Shown here: positions 49,079 through 61,563 of the stretch, piece after piece
Position numbering within the stretch: position 1 is the first letter of the stretch
Layout: every line of letters starts with the position of its first letter
Source: Cetorhinus maximus
Lineage: Eukaryota
NCBI RefSeq assembly: GCF_964194155.1
Contig: NC_135897.1
Location: 80,538,001 to 80,602,000, forward strand
DNA length: 64,000 nt
Direction: 5' to 3'
Translations under genes and position numbers: made by a program
The notes under the pieces: generated by a model
What the model was told of the DNA's origin: nothing
Databases searched by the model: none
What the model saw: only the letters and a program-made list of their open reading frames with translations

Positions 49079-49799
49079 TATTCTTTCAGACTAGAGTCTC
49101 CTGCTTCTCTGTATGTAGCTGCAGTTACTTGGCGTTCAATCACAGCTTGTGTATCAAGGTGGTGGTTCTGTTGAAGTTATCAATAGATAGTTGTCAGGCA
49201 AGATGGTTGACTATTATTACCCTGTTACCCTAATCAAGTGACTAAGATTAATGTTTGCTGAGGTTACATTTAAATGTCTACAGCACTGCAATTTGAAATT
49301 ACCATTTGGGCAGAATTTTCACGTTGGCGTGTGAGGGTGGGCCCCGCACGTCTGCATGTAAAATGAGGCGTGGTAATGTCAGGCGAAAGTCCCGACATCA
49401 CTGCGCGCCATCGCGATATTTTGTTGGGTGGGCGCGTGATAATGTCCGATGTGTGCCTGTCATTAATTAACGGGCCACTTAAGGCCCTTGACTCACCAAT
49501 CAACTCTGATTTTTCAGCGCCCATGCGATCTTCGGGTTGGCGCATGGGCACAACGGGCAGGCGGGTAGGACACATTTGTATAAACCCCATCCACGGGCGG
49601 GATAAGAGGGCTCACTGTGGTCGCAAGTGTGCACTGTCAAGTATTTATTTTTCAAAGTTATTGAAACTTGCCTGTCTGATCTGCAGTGCTTCAAAATGCA
49701 TTCCAGCTGCTTGGACTGGACTCTTAACCTTCAGGTCAGCACTCTGCAGTGCGTAATCCTTTTGGGGCCTGCAGGTTTCAGGAAGCCTTCCCTTAGCCT

Positions 49800-51036
49800 G
49801 GGAATTGGAGCTGAACTGTCCACTGGTGGCAGCCTCTGAGGAGGAAGGGAGGGCTAGAAGGGGGAGGAGGCCAGGAGTGCACATTCAGCCTCCAGGGGAG
49901 CCACCTTTGGGAGGACAGGCGCAGGCACAAGGGACGCAGGGCCAAGAGGTGACCAAGGCGGAAGGGGCCGCAGAAAATGCAACTTTCCTGCTGCTAGGGT
50001 ATACAGGCGGCGAAGCAGCTACCTCAATATGTCTGAGGTGCAGTGCCGAAGGAGGCTCCGTCTCTCAAGGGAGACAGTCAACTATATCTGTCAGATGATT
50101 GTGTCTGAGATCTCCGCTAACTTGTGTGGGTGGACACTCCATGCCAATGGCTCTGAAGGTCACAGCTGCCCTCAACTTCTATGCCTCTGGCTCCTTCCAG
50201 GGTTGGTGGATAATCTTTGTAGTGTCTCCTAATCAGCTGTCCACACTTTCATCAAGCAGGTTACAGACGCTCTGTTCAGCCATGCATTGACCTTCACCCA
50301 CTTCCGTTGGGACCAGACAAGCCAGGCACAGTGAGCCAGATGCTTTGTGGCCTTTTCTGGCTTCCCCCGCATCCAGGGTGCAATAGGCTGCACACATGTG
50401 GCCATAAAGGCGCCAGCAGGTGAGTCCGGTGCTTTCGTCAACAGGAAGGGCTTCCACTCCATGAACGTGCAGATAGTGTGTGATCACAGAATACTGATTC
50501 TACAAGTCTGTGCAAGGTACCCAGGCAGCTCCCACGATGCCTACATCCTTAGACACTCCCAGGTTCCGGGGCTTTTCAGTGCTCCAGCCCGGCTTGATGG
50601 ATGGCTGCTGGGTGACAAGGGCTATTCCCTCAGAAGGTGGCTCTTGACGCCTCTCTGCCATCCAAGAACAGAAGCTGAGTAGCGGTACAATAGGAGCCAC
50701 ACCTCCACAAGGGCTGTGGTGGAGAGAGCCATCGGTCTTCTCAAAATGCGCTTCCAATGCCTGGACCGCTCAGGGGGCGCACTCCAGTACCTCACAGGTC
50801 ATGTGTCAGTGATGGTGGTTGCATGCTGCGCTCTCCACAATCTTGTGCTGGAAAGGGGAGGCGCAGTGGACGTTAAAGATGTCAATGCAGTGGTTGCGGC
50901 TGCACACGGTGAGTCCAGCAGTGAGTCCGAGGATGAGCATGCGCAGGGAAATGCTGAGGGGGTAGACGATCCCCCGGGCATACTGCAGGGAGGCACGGAC
51001 ACCCGGGAGGCTTTAATCCAACGAGCCTTCAGCTAG
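49800..51036 (+). pseudogene. Harbinger (HARBI1-like) DDE transposase, lightly disrupted
   Basis: YLNMSEVQCRRRLRLSRETV, KVTAALNFYASGSFQ, GAIGCTHVAIKAP, NRKGFHSMNVQIVCD, YPGSSHDAYIL, LLGDKGY, VERAIGLLKMRF, ACCALHN; stops near 50333 and 50680, a frameshift near 50120, first Asp changed to Gly. Confidence 0.93.
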
Positions 51037-51339
51037 CACACCACAGATAGACCTCCAGGACAAGCCTGGGCTGTAGGCTCCATGCTCGACACATAAGTGC
51101 CAAATCTGTCAGGTTAGGAACAGTCACTAAGGGCCTTGTTAGTAAAGATGAATGTCCAACAAAGCACTCATTACAGTTTTGGAAACCATACACATGCAGA
51201 GGAAAAGAGGCACCCTCAGCCATGGTCACATATCTGAATTTAATACATCAAGCAAACAAAGTTATGCCAAAAAAAAGACAATAGTGTTACAAATCATAAG
51301 GACCTCATCTCGGGCCAACAAAAAAGCACCAGTGAAAAA

Positions 51340-53638
51340 CCCGTGGTGTGCCGAAGGTGTCTTATGTTTTTGTTTCCGGTTGCTGCGCTTTGGTGTTGCC
51401 CCGTCGCTCGGAGTGGCATCTGAGACAGCCTGCTGACTCTGCTATCCTGTTGACCTCGATGACCTTGGCAGTTGTCCTCTGGTGCACAGAGCCTGTGCTG
51501 GCCCCGCCTGGGAGGGAGATGCCAGTTCCACAGCTGCTATCTCCCTAGTCATCGCAGCCTCACCAGATGCTATGGTCACTGGGAGAGGGGCAGAGGAGCT
51601 GCTGCCCTCATCCAGAGCGGCCTGAGAGGAGCCCGCAGAGACGACAGGCAGCTGCTGTGCCGACGTGAGGTCACTTCGGACCTCCCTGCTCACTGTGGAT
51701 GGATGGGCACCGAGCTGGGAAACTTGGTACCCAGACCATCTCCCACACTCCCGGCACTGACCAGCTGAGGTTGATACCGATGTGAGGGCTTGCTGGTCAG
51801 AGCGCATCCCCAGGAAACCCTGACGGGTCTCCTGGAGGAACCTCTCCATGAGAGTCGCCACTCTCTCCAAGGAGGATACATGGCGCTCGGACATGTGGCT
51901 CATTGCTTCAGCGATCGTCCACGTCGACTCCTCCACCAGAGACCAAGCCAAGCATAGACTCATGTATCTCCCCCAGATGCTCCCGCATGCCTGACCGCAT
52001 TTCCTGCCCCTGCTGTGTCGTGGAGGACTCCAGAGGCACATCATCAAGCACCAACTGAGCATGTGCCTGGCCCCCTGAAGTCCTCTGGCTGCTGGCACCA
52101 TGGGCACTCTCTGTCTCTGCCAGCTCCTGCAGCGACTGTGAAGTGCCCTCACCATTGTGCCCCGGGAAACTAGCCGATGTTTTAATTCCCGCCGAGGTCC
52201 TAGTATCTGCGCTGGTGCCTGCCTGGCAGAGATGGTGTGATGCTGGTGAGACTTCAGGACCCTCAGGTGTGAGAGGGGGCCTCTGCTGCTCCTCCTCCCG
52301 GCCCTGCTCCGATGATGCTGAAAGGAAGAACAAGGACAGTGGATCAGTTAACGTGGAGACAATGGCAAAGTGCATCCCTGTCCCCAGGATCATTATGAGC
52401 TCATCCTTCCTTAAGTAATGGTCAAGCTATGTTTCAAAATTAAATCAATTAACATTCAGCACTGCTATGGCTGTTGGGGGAACAATGCTGACCTCATTGT
52501 TGGACATAAATACCTGGCCGTGGCACCCCAGCCTCACCGACACCAGTGGACATGGGCGCATGGCACCTCTCCAGATCCAGGGCCTCCTGCTCGAGCCAGC
52601 TAAGAAAGGCGATCTGCGCCTGGCCGCTGCCAGTCCTCGCACGCTCTGCCGCGTTATGAGCATTCCTCTCCTGAAAATGAGAGACGAGCATTGATTAGCG
52701 CAAATTGCACATGGACTCTTTTCGTGCATGGCCCACCCCAACCATAGTGGGAAATATCAGGACTCCAGAGCCTCCTCACCCCGCTGCTGCCAAACACTCA
52801 CACAAAGATGCTAGGCCTGCTCCCCACCCCCCCACTCCCTCCTTGGCCACATGCTGCCTGCATCACATTAGGCCCCACACGGTATATCTTTCCATAGCAA
52901 GGAGGCGCAAGCACGTGGAGCACAGAGGACAGCAGATGGTTCGATGCCACGCCACCTTGAAGCTCCTCTCCAAGCTTGTCATCACCCTGACTTGGACATG
53001 TCCTGCAGCTCAAGCACTGTGTCTCAGTGCAGCTCCTCCAGGTTGCCCCCAAACCAGTCATGTGGGACTCAGTGTAACACATGCTGTGGGGGCAAAACAC
53101 ATCTCTTTATCACCCTCTCAGGTTGACCTCAGCATAGGCAATCTCTGATGGCCCACCCAGCAAAGGACACATGCCGTCAATGATCCAATGCAGTCACTAC
53201 ACTCAGACTTGGCGGGGGGTGGGGGGCAGCAGGGGGTATGTCGACCTGCTGGGTTAAATGACCAATGCCAATACGGTACTCACCCTGCCAGAGCGCAACA
53301 AGTCGTTGAAGCACTTGCGACACTGGATACAGATGCGCCGCACCACGTCATGGGAGCTCACCACCTCCGCCGCCTCCTCCCAAGCACGTTTCGTCATGTG
53401 GGGGGGGGCCTTCTCCTCCCATCCTGGGGAACCAGCACCTCCCGCTGTGCTGCCACCTCCTTGAGGAGGGCAGCAAGGCAGCCATCCGAAAAACGAGGGG
53501 CAGACTGGCTCTCCCCGCCCTACTCTCCGGCCTGGCCTGCCCCAATGGCTTACACTCAGGCTTGGCCTGCCCCGATGGCCTACCCTCCGGACTTGCATGA
53601 ACTTCATTGCCCCTCTCTACAGCTCTTTGCCCAGCCAA
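51340..53638 (-). pseudogene. Harbinger Myb/SANT-like DNA-binding protein gene, 3 exons (~53638-53284, 52670-52514, 52317-~51340)
   Basis: SAPRFSDGCLAALL..KRAWEEAAEVVSS..RRICIQCRKCFNDL; junctions AGG|gtgagt, tttcag|GAG, CAG|gtattt, tttcag|CAT keep phase; basic C-terminus PKRSNRKQKHK; frameshifts present. Confidence 0.85.
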
Positions 53639-54139
53639 TGAGAGCAGCCTTTCCGAGGCTGCCAGGGCCTTCCTTTATGCAGGCCGCCTAGTCGCCATTG
53701 GACCAAGTGGCCTGAGCGCGCCCGTCGCCGCCTGTCCACTCCCACTGTGCACGGGAGTCGTGAAGTACGTTGGGCAGGCTTTAAGTAGCCCGCCCACTCC
53801 CGCTCCGCGCCCCCGCCAGCCAGAAAATTCAGCCCTATAAGTTAAATGTGACTCTACTGCAAGATTTTAAGTTTTTTTAAATTTGGTTTCGGGATGAAAA
53901 TGGCACTGGTAAGGACAGCTTGTTTATTGCTTATCCTTAATAGCCTATCCAACTAAGTTAAATGCTAGGCTAGTTTCAGGGGCAGAAAAATAATATAATA
54001 CTTTTCTTCTCTGTGAGTACAGAAGACTAGATTTCATTGTCTGATATCAAGATATTACAGCTAAGATTTTTATATCCAAAGCCCATAATCTCCTGGGTCA
54101 TTTTTACATAGAAACAAGTGTAAATATAGTGTCAGGGCC

Positions 54140-54552
54140 ATTTAATATAGCACCTTTCACTTCCTTATGATGTCCCAAAGCATTTCACAGGTAATGAATT
54201 ACTTTTGAAGGGTGGTCATTATTTTGCAGACAAATGCAGCAGCCAATTTGTGCACTGTAAGGTCTCATAAATGACAGTAAGTGCTGAGTTAATCTATTTT
54301 CATAGAGGGGTGAGGTCTGAGGGATGAATGTTGGCCAGTACACTGTGTACATTCTTTTATAAAGTGCCATAGGATCTTTATATCCACCAAAAGATGACCT
54401 TGATTTAACTTCTCGTTCAATAGACAAAGCATTACCAGTGCAGGACATCCTGCATTAAGGAATAGCCTGCACTACGTGCTCAACTTCTGTAGTGGGGCTT
54501 TGAACTTGCACTCTTCATGAGAGAGAAGGGTTCTGCTACTAAACTAAGCTGG
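54140..54552 (-). mobile_element. Deu-domain tRNA SINE, near full length
   Basis: AGTGCCATAGGATCTTTTATATCCAC Deu core, GCAGCCAATTTGTGCAC, tRNA-head remnant at 54490-54552. Confidence 0.75.
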
Positions 54553-56004
54553 CATCAACTTTGACCTTAGTCAAACAACAGATTTACTGAATCATCAAGG
54601 ATCAATAACCTTTAGTTTCTTGAGCTGCTGGCAGGCATCAGCTGAATAGTTCTCTGGCTACCCTCTGGACTAAAATGTTAGTTGTTCATAATTGTAGAGG
54701 GAGTTAATTAAGTGTTGTTTTCTTCAAGCAAGTCTGTGAATTTAAAAAAAAACTTTGAATTAGCATATCTAAAAGGAAGGAGAGATTTGAATTGAAAGAA
54801 TTGTTCCCATAGTAATGTTCTCTTTTAACAGATATTAAAAAAGCTTGTCAAAAAAAAAGTTTGGCAAATATGCCCTTCAAATATCCGGTGTACAGGCGAG
54901 GCATACAAAGCATCTATCTCAGCAGACAAAGTTCAGTTTTCTTGTTTTTCCCTTTTTAAAGCATATATCCGAAGTTAGTTAATGTCATTTCACTTGAGAG
55001 CTTTAGAGTTGTTTAAAAAGTTTCCCCAAAGATTAATGATATTATGGTTTGCACTTTGGATTCTATTAGTGATTTTTGCATGCACACCCGAGTGTGTGAG
55101 TATATGGTAATACACTAAATTGAATAGACAGTAATTAACCTTCACATGTACCAGATGAGAGCATTACCCAGGATTGTACCACAAAAGGAGTTTATTTGAT
55201 TCCCTCTGCTTGCACCATCCAGTCTACCCTGACAGGCTATGATGTGTCTCTCCACAGGCCCCTTTCAAATTAATAAAGAGAAATTTGACAAAGGTTCACT
55301 TTTGTTTGGTGACAGATGATCTTGTCAGTTCTTGGGATCATTAATCATTGTCAGGAATGCCATAAAATTGAATTGGGATGATTTTCACATTCTTGGGACG
55401 AGGTTACCATGCGGTGAGGGATGACCATAATTAGGTAGTTCACAGGAAGCAAAAGTATAAACAATCTCAAATACATGGGAAATTACCCTGCCGTGTTTGT
55501 AGAATTAGTGTGATCATATCTGCATAACCTAATTTTCTTCTCCTATTTCTTTACAGATTAACATGAATTGCCTTGATCTTATACTTAACGTGCATAGGCT
55601 ATATGTTATCCTCTGATTTAAAGATAAAATATGATCAATAGCTATGCATTAGGTGAGTGCTTTGGAGGGAAATATTGATATTTGGCAACAGCAGACATAT
55701 TGTGATGCTTGGCTGAGTAAAAAGAAAGTTAAAGTGCAGTATCCATAGCTGGATTTATGCTGAAAATTCATCAAACACAAACTGCTCTGATGAGATAATG
55801 GATTATTCAACTGCCCATTGTGTTTCTGAGCCATACAAACCAGAAAGTACCTCATTTGGTGCTACAGTTTGGACTTCAGTATCTCTGAGATAGAGAAGGA
55901 AAAAGTCAAAGGTTGACTTTACATTTTCTGATTGCTGCCCAGATACCAGATGGAAAGTGCATTTGATGGTGTTAGCTGTAACTCAGTGATAGCAGTTTCA
56001 CTTC

Positions 56005-57772
56005 CACATATCCCTTGCTTCCCTGACTGACCAAAAATCTATCCCTCAACCCTGAATATATTCAACGATCCACGATCCTCTGGGATAGAGAGTTCCAAAG
56101 GTTCGCAACCTTTTGAGTGAAGAAATTTCTCCTTATCTCTGTCCTAAACGATTGACTCCTTATCCTGAGACTATGTCCCCATGTTCTAGATTCCCCAGCT
56201 AGGGGAAACAACCTCTCAGTCTCTAACCTGTCAGGCCCTTCCAGAATCATTCATATTTCAAGGAGATCACCTCTCAATCTTCTAAACTCTGTAGGTCCAA
56301 TTTATTCAACCTGTCATCATAGAACAACCCTCTCATCCCAGGAACCAACCTAGTGGAACTTTGCTATACTGCCCCCAAGGCAATTCCATCCTTTCTTTGA
56401 TATCAACATCCTAGGGGTTACCATTGACCAGAAACTGAACTGACCCAGCCATATAAATACAATGGCTACAAGAGCAGGTCAGAGGCTGGGAATTCTGTGG
56501 TGACTAACTCACCTTTTGACTCCCCAAAGCCTCTTCACTATCTACAAATTAAGGCACAATTTTGGACCGTGATGGAATACTCTTCACTTACCTGGATGTG
56601 TCCAACAACACTCAAGGAGTTTGACAGCATCCAGGATAAAGAAGCCCACTTGATTAGTATCCCATCCAGCACCTCCAACATCCACTCCCTCTACCACTGA
56701 TGCACAGTGGCAGCAGGTATCTACAAGATGCAGTGCAGCAACTCACCAAGGCTCCCTCGACACCATCTTTCAAAACCACAACCCCCACCGCTAAAAGGAC
56801 AAGGGCAGCAGATGCATGAGAACACCACCACCCGTATGTTCCCCTCCAAGCCACACACCACCCTGACTTGGAACTATATTGCAGTCAGAAAACTAAGGTC
56901 CTTTTCATTGTCGTTGGGTCAAAATCCTGGAACTCCCTTCAAACAGCACTGTGGGTGTACCTACACCACATGGACTGCAGCGGTTCAAGAAGGTGGCTCA
57001 CCACCACCTTCTCAAGGACAATTAGGGATGGGCAATAAAAATGCCGGCCTAACCAGCGTCGCCCCCATCCCATGAAATAATTTTTTAAAATGCAGAGACC
57101 AAAACTGTGCACAATAATCTTGATGTGATCTCACCAAAGCCCTGTACAATTGTAGCAAGATGTCCTTACTCTTGTACTACAATCCCCTTGCAATGAAAGA
57201 CCAATATGGTGTTTGCTTCTTAATAGCTTGCTGTGTTTGCATACTAACCTTCTGTGTTCCTTGTACAAGTACACCCTGCTGTCTCTGAACATCATTAGTT
57301 CAAGTTTCAGCTTTTAAAAAATATTCCTACTACCAAAGTGAATAATCTCACACTCTCCAACATTATATTCCATCTGCCACCTTGTTCCCCACTCACTTAA
57401 CCTGTCAATATCGCTTTGCATCCTCTTTGTATCTTCCTCACAGCTTCCATTCCCTCATAGCTTTGCATTTTCAGCAAAGTTAGATAAATTAGCCTTCATC
57501 CCTTTGTCTAAGCCATTAATATAGGTAGTAAATGGCTGAGACCCCAGCTGTGATCCATGCAGCATTCCACTAGCAACAGCTTGCCAACTTGAAAATGTCT
57601 TGTTTATCCCTACTCTGCCTCCTGTCCGTTAACCAATCATCCATCCATGCTAATCCATTACGCCTAACTCCATGAACCCTAATTTTGCATATTAACGTTT
57701 TGTATGGCACCATATCGAATGCCTTTTGGAAGTCCAAGATTACTATATCTACTGGTCCCATCATCTATCCTA
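56005..57772 (-). mobile_element. CR1 RT/3' fragment with the second LINE family nested at 56400-57085 (+)
   Basis: DFQKAFDMVP, EIRRNFFTQKVANLWNSL; the insert has INILGVTIDQKLN..VMEYS..FKKVAHHHLLKDN. Confidence 0.85.
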
Positions 57773-57854
57773 CTATTTATGTCCGCTATATATTTTAATA
57801 GTGTTCCCTATATTATAATAGTGTCCGCACTTCAAAACCACTTGATTGGTACTA

Positions 57855-58150
57855 AAGCACTGAAAGGTTTTGACAGGATGAATGGGGAAAGATCATTTAC
57901 TCTGATTGTGGAATCAATTAAAATTAGAAAGTAGTGAGAGGGGTTAGGAGAAATTTTTGTACACAAAGAATTATTGGATGATGGAATGCTTTGCCACAGG
58001 ATGCAGTTGACGGAGAATCAATTGACCCTTTTAAGGAAAAAATAAAGTTACAGCACAAGATGGAGAGAAAAATGCAATGCGATTGGTTTTTGATTTTTCT
58101 AATAAAAAGGCTGACAAAAACACAAGGAACCAAATAGCCCTCTCTATGCT
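57855..58150 (+). mobile_element. Very old CR1 3' fragment
   Basis: LKGFDRMNGERSF..VRRNFCTQRIIG*WNALP. Confidence 0.6.
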
Positions 58151-59884
58151 TTTAACTACTTTGTTCATTGTGAGGAACTTCGGCAACTTTTCATGTGGAG
58201 TTAGGCAGCGAAAATCAGAATAATATAATTTAGGTATTGGATGAAAATTTTAAAAAGCTTTGCCAGTCCCACCAGTGTTGGCTCAGCCAAGGCCCCTCTT
58301 CCTAGAATTACCTCCAGCCCACCACTCCCCCACCCCTCCACCCTCTAGTTCTGCCTCATTGTGAGAGCTTTCTAATTTCCTGCCCTCCCAGAAGTATCGA
58401 GCTAAGGCAGGATTCCAGCTGAGTATCTTTTGCTCACTGCTGGGGAAATAAGGCCCAACAGGCAAGAGCAGGCTGGTTGCAGGTGAGTTCTGTCCACCGT
58501 CCATCCGTTCTCTGCTATAGTTGAAATCAGCCCTGGTTAATCATTTTGAGGTTAGAATACTGATTTTTCAATCCTCTCCATAATTAAGATGCTTACATCG
58601 TATAAAATCTTAAGTTATTTTGATTTTTAAAAATGTCTGTTTCATATTCAATTTCAATGTTAAGAAATAAGCTGTAGTTTGTCCTGTTGGAAAGAATGAA
58701 AATATAAAATTGGCAGTGAGAATGACATATTTTCCATTGCATGATGTGCCAAACATCCTTGTGAATACAGCTTGAAATTACATTTCGTGGTAATATTTTG
58801 CATTGCATTTTCCAAGAAAGAGGAATTATTTCACATTACTTTTCTTGGCATTGAGCCATGTGTACTTTGAAATTAGAGATTCTTAAATAAACTTTGAGCA
58901 ATTACTTCAGTTTAACAAAGCTTCACATCAAGCACTGTATTTCATATGTCAAACCTACCTCAATTTATTTAAATTCAGTAAAAAAAAATACTTAGGAAAA
59001 TTTAAAGCCAGTAACTTGGTGTCATTTCTTGATATCATCAAATTTTGTTGATATGCTCTAACTCAATCACGCATAAAGTTTGCTTCTAAATAAGCTTTTG
59101 TGCACGTCAACATGCAGGAATAAGTGCTGAAGAGCATCTTAACCAGTGCTTAACAAGCATACTGCCTCATAATAATTCTCAAAAGAATACAACCAGATCC
59201 AGAGAAGTTAAGGATGCATGATTAGTATCCATGGGTTTGTTTTTAATCCAACAGGTCGGTTGACCTGATAATTTGTAAATGAAACCTGTGTAGAGGATAG
59301 ATCATATTTCAAGGTTCCCTGTCACCTATTGTGTTTGTAGTGAACACTAGATAAGTAATTAAAAGCCAAAAGTAAGTTATATTGATGCATTGTTGATTCT
59401 GTTTTATGAAAGTGTTTTGCCTTTCATCAGAGGCTGACTCTCAGTTGTGATAATATCTCAGAGAAATACAAAATTATTTATGCAGGTAAGATCATTATGC
59501 GTGATATAAATACAAATTCATAGAAGCAAATTCACAAGATTAGAAGATGGATTTGGATAAAAAGGGGGTCATCAGCCCTTCCGATCCCCACCTTTTAGAA
59601 AACCAACTCTACTATCTTCCCTTTACATAATTAAGCTAGTTCTTAAATATGCCCAGTGTCCCTAGACTTTTCTTTGGCAACTCTTTCCAAATAAGGATTA
59701 TTCCACACTTTTATTAATGTTTGATAAGTATATAATGTAGATAGAAAGTGAGTTGAAGAGGGGAGTTAATAGTTTGTGAGACTTTTATGTGTTTATTTTA
59801 TGCAGTATACTTTTGGGTCACAAAAATGAATTTGCAATTTTCTGGAAATGCTGTTAGCCAATATTGTAGTATAAGAAAGAAAGA

Positions 59885-60185
59885 GAACTGGCATTTAGGT
59901 AGTGCCTTTCAAATTATTAGGATATTCCATTAAGTTTCACAGCCAATGAACTGGAATCACAATTGAAAAAGAGGCAAACATGACAATTTGCACACAACCA
60001 AGTCCAACAAACAGGAACCAGCATTTCAGAAATGTTGAGGGATAGATGATGGCATATACACTCCATTGTTCTTCTTCGAATTGTGCCTAGGGATCTTTTA
60101 CATATGCCGAAGGGAACAGACTGTGTCTTGATTTACTTGCTTCATCTGAAAAGCAGCACTTCAGACAGTGCAGCACACCACTTAG
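59885..60185 (-). mobile_element. Deu-domain SINE, decayed
   Basis: GTGCCTAGGGATCTTTTACAT, CATCTGAAAAGCAGCACTTCAGACAGTGCAGCAC. Confidence 0.65.
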
Positions 60186-60944
60186 TGTTAGAACTGTTGA
60201 CCAATATTTTGGTAAAGGTGAAGAATAGGGCTGGGTTCTAAGTTGCACGTCCCTGGTTAATGGAGGCAGCTGCCCATATAAAACAGCAGCTGCCTCCAGT
60301 CATGTTAGATTTTTGTCAACTAGGAGTGGGAAACATGACATGTTCAGATTAGATCTAGTGGGAGCAGGTCTAAATTTTCAGAGTTGCTTGGATAGGTTAG
60401 GTTCCAATTTTGAGAGGTAAGGTACCCTTTTGAACATCCCGTGACACCATTGGGAGAGGTCAGGTGCCCTTTGGGAGAGGTCAGGTGCCCTTTGGGAGAG
60501 GTAAGGTCTCTTTGGAAGAGATAACCTGCCCTTTAAGGTTAATAAAATTAAGCATGAATGAGTGTAAGAAGTGCATAAGCTCATTGGAGCTGTAAAGCTC
60601 ATTGGAATTGTCAAAAGTAACCGTCAAGCTGTCAAGGCATTTAAAACCCCTGCCCATTAAATATTTGAACCAAAACTGTGTACTGTTTAAAAACAAAATC
60701 AGTGCTTACTATTTCAATCTGCCTGTTGGCATAAGCCTGAGGTCATTCATTATAGGTTTAGTGCTGCATGACTGATTTCACCATCTTCCATTATCACAGT
60801 GACTATGAATTTCAATGCTTGTTTTATAAGGGGATAAAGGAAGTTAAATGGAGTGAATGGGCTTTTATCAATGAGCGTGTTTTTTTGAAATAGTAAACTC
60901 TTCAACAGACAATTAATAACTTTATTTTATCTCATCTCAGCATG

Positions 60945-61560
60945 GGTCCTGAGGGCTGTCCATGGTGGCTACTGGGTGAATTGGCATGGTAGGCATAAGG
61001 CAAAGGGTGGTGGCTGGTGGGCATGGATTGGCATGAGCTGGTACTTTGGCTTAGCGCTATAAATGGTCTTGTACAATGGGTAGAGGGTCATGGTTGGCAT
61101 GGAGGGTTTGAGGGGCCATGGGGAATGAGTAGAGGGGAATAGGTTAGCATTGAGGGTATGAGGTGCCATGATGGGTGAGTAGAGGGGCATAGGTTGGCAG
61201 GGATATGAAGGCCATGGGGGAGTGGGGGCATGAGGTGGCATAGTTTGGCATGGATGGGGCATGGGTGTGTGCGGGGGGTTGCGGGAGTATGAGGGGTGAG
61301 GGCTGTTTTATGTTTTATTGCTTTTTTTAAAAACACAGTGCCGGAGCACCAAGGCAGGCTGTCCACCCAGCCCTTCTCTGCACCCAGGAGACTCCACATT
61401 GGCTCCAGGGTTTCCTGCCACAGCTCCTATTTTCACCCACCTCCCTCCACCTCCCAGACCAAAAATTTGACCTTCTGGGGTACTTTCTCCCTGGTCGTAT
61501 TCGCAGAGCCAGGAATTGCCCTGACTATGCGCTCCTGACCCGGGAGCGGAAATTCAGGCC
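60945..61560. mobile_element. Harbinger-type MITE right part with (GGCAT)-rich tract
   Basis: Ends GGAAATTCAGGCC; G-rich degenerate repeats at 60980-61295. Confidence 0.55.
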
Positions 61561-61563
61561 TAT

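Larger units (their letters stand above)
49308..53835. mobile_element. Near-complete two-gene PIF/Harbinger transposon (4.5 kb)
   Basis: TIRs GGGCAGAATTTTC / GAAAATTCAGCCC (12/13); flanks TTT/TAT; transposase on + and spliced Myb/SANT gene on -, convergent. Confidence 0.92.

Noticed and set aside
50029-51036. Domesticated host gene HARBI1
   Set aside because: It lies between TIRs with a Myb partner and has stops, a frameshift and a mutated catalytic Asp; several paralogous relics occur in the same window.
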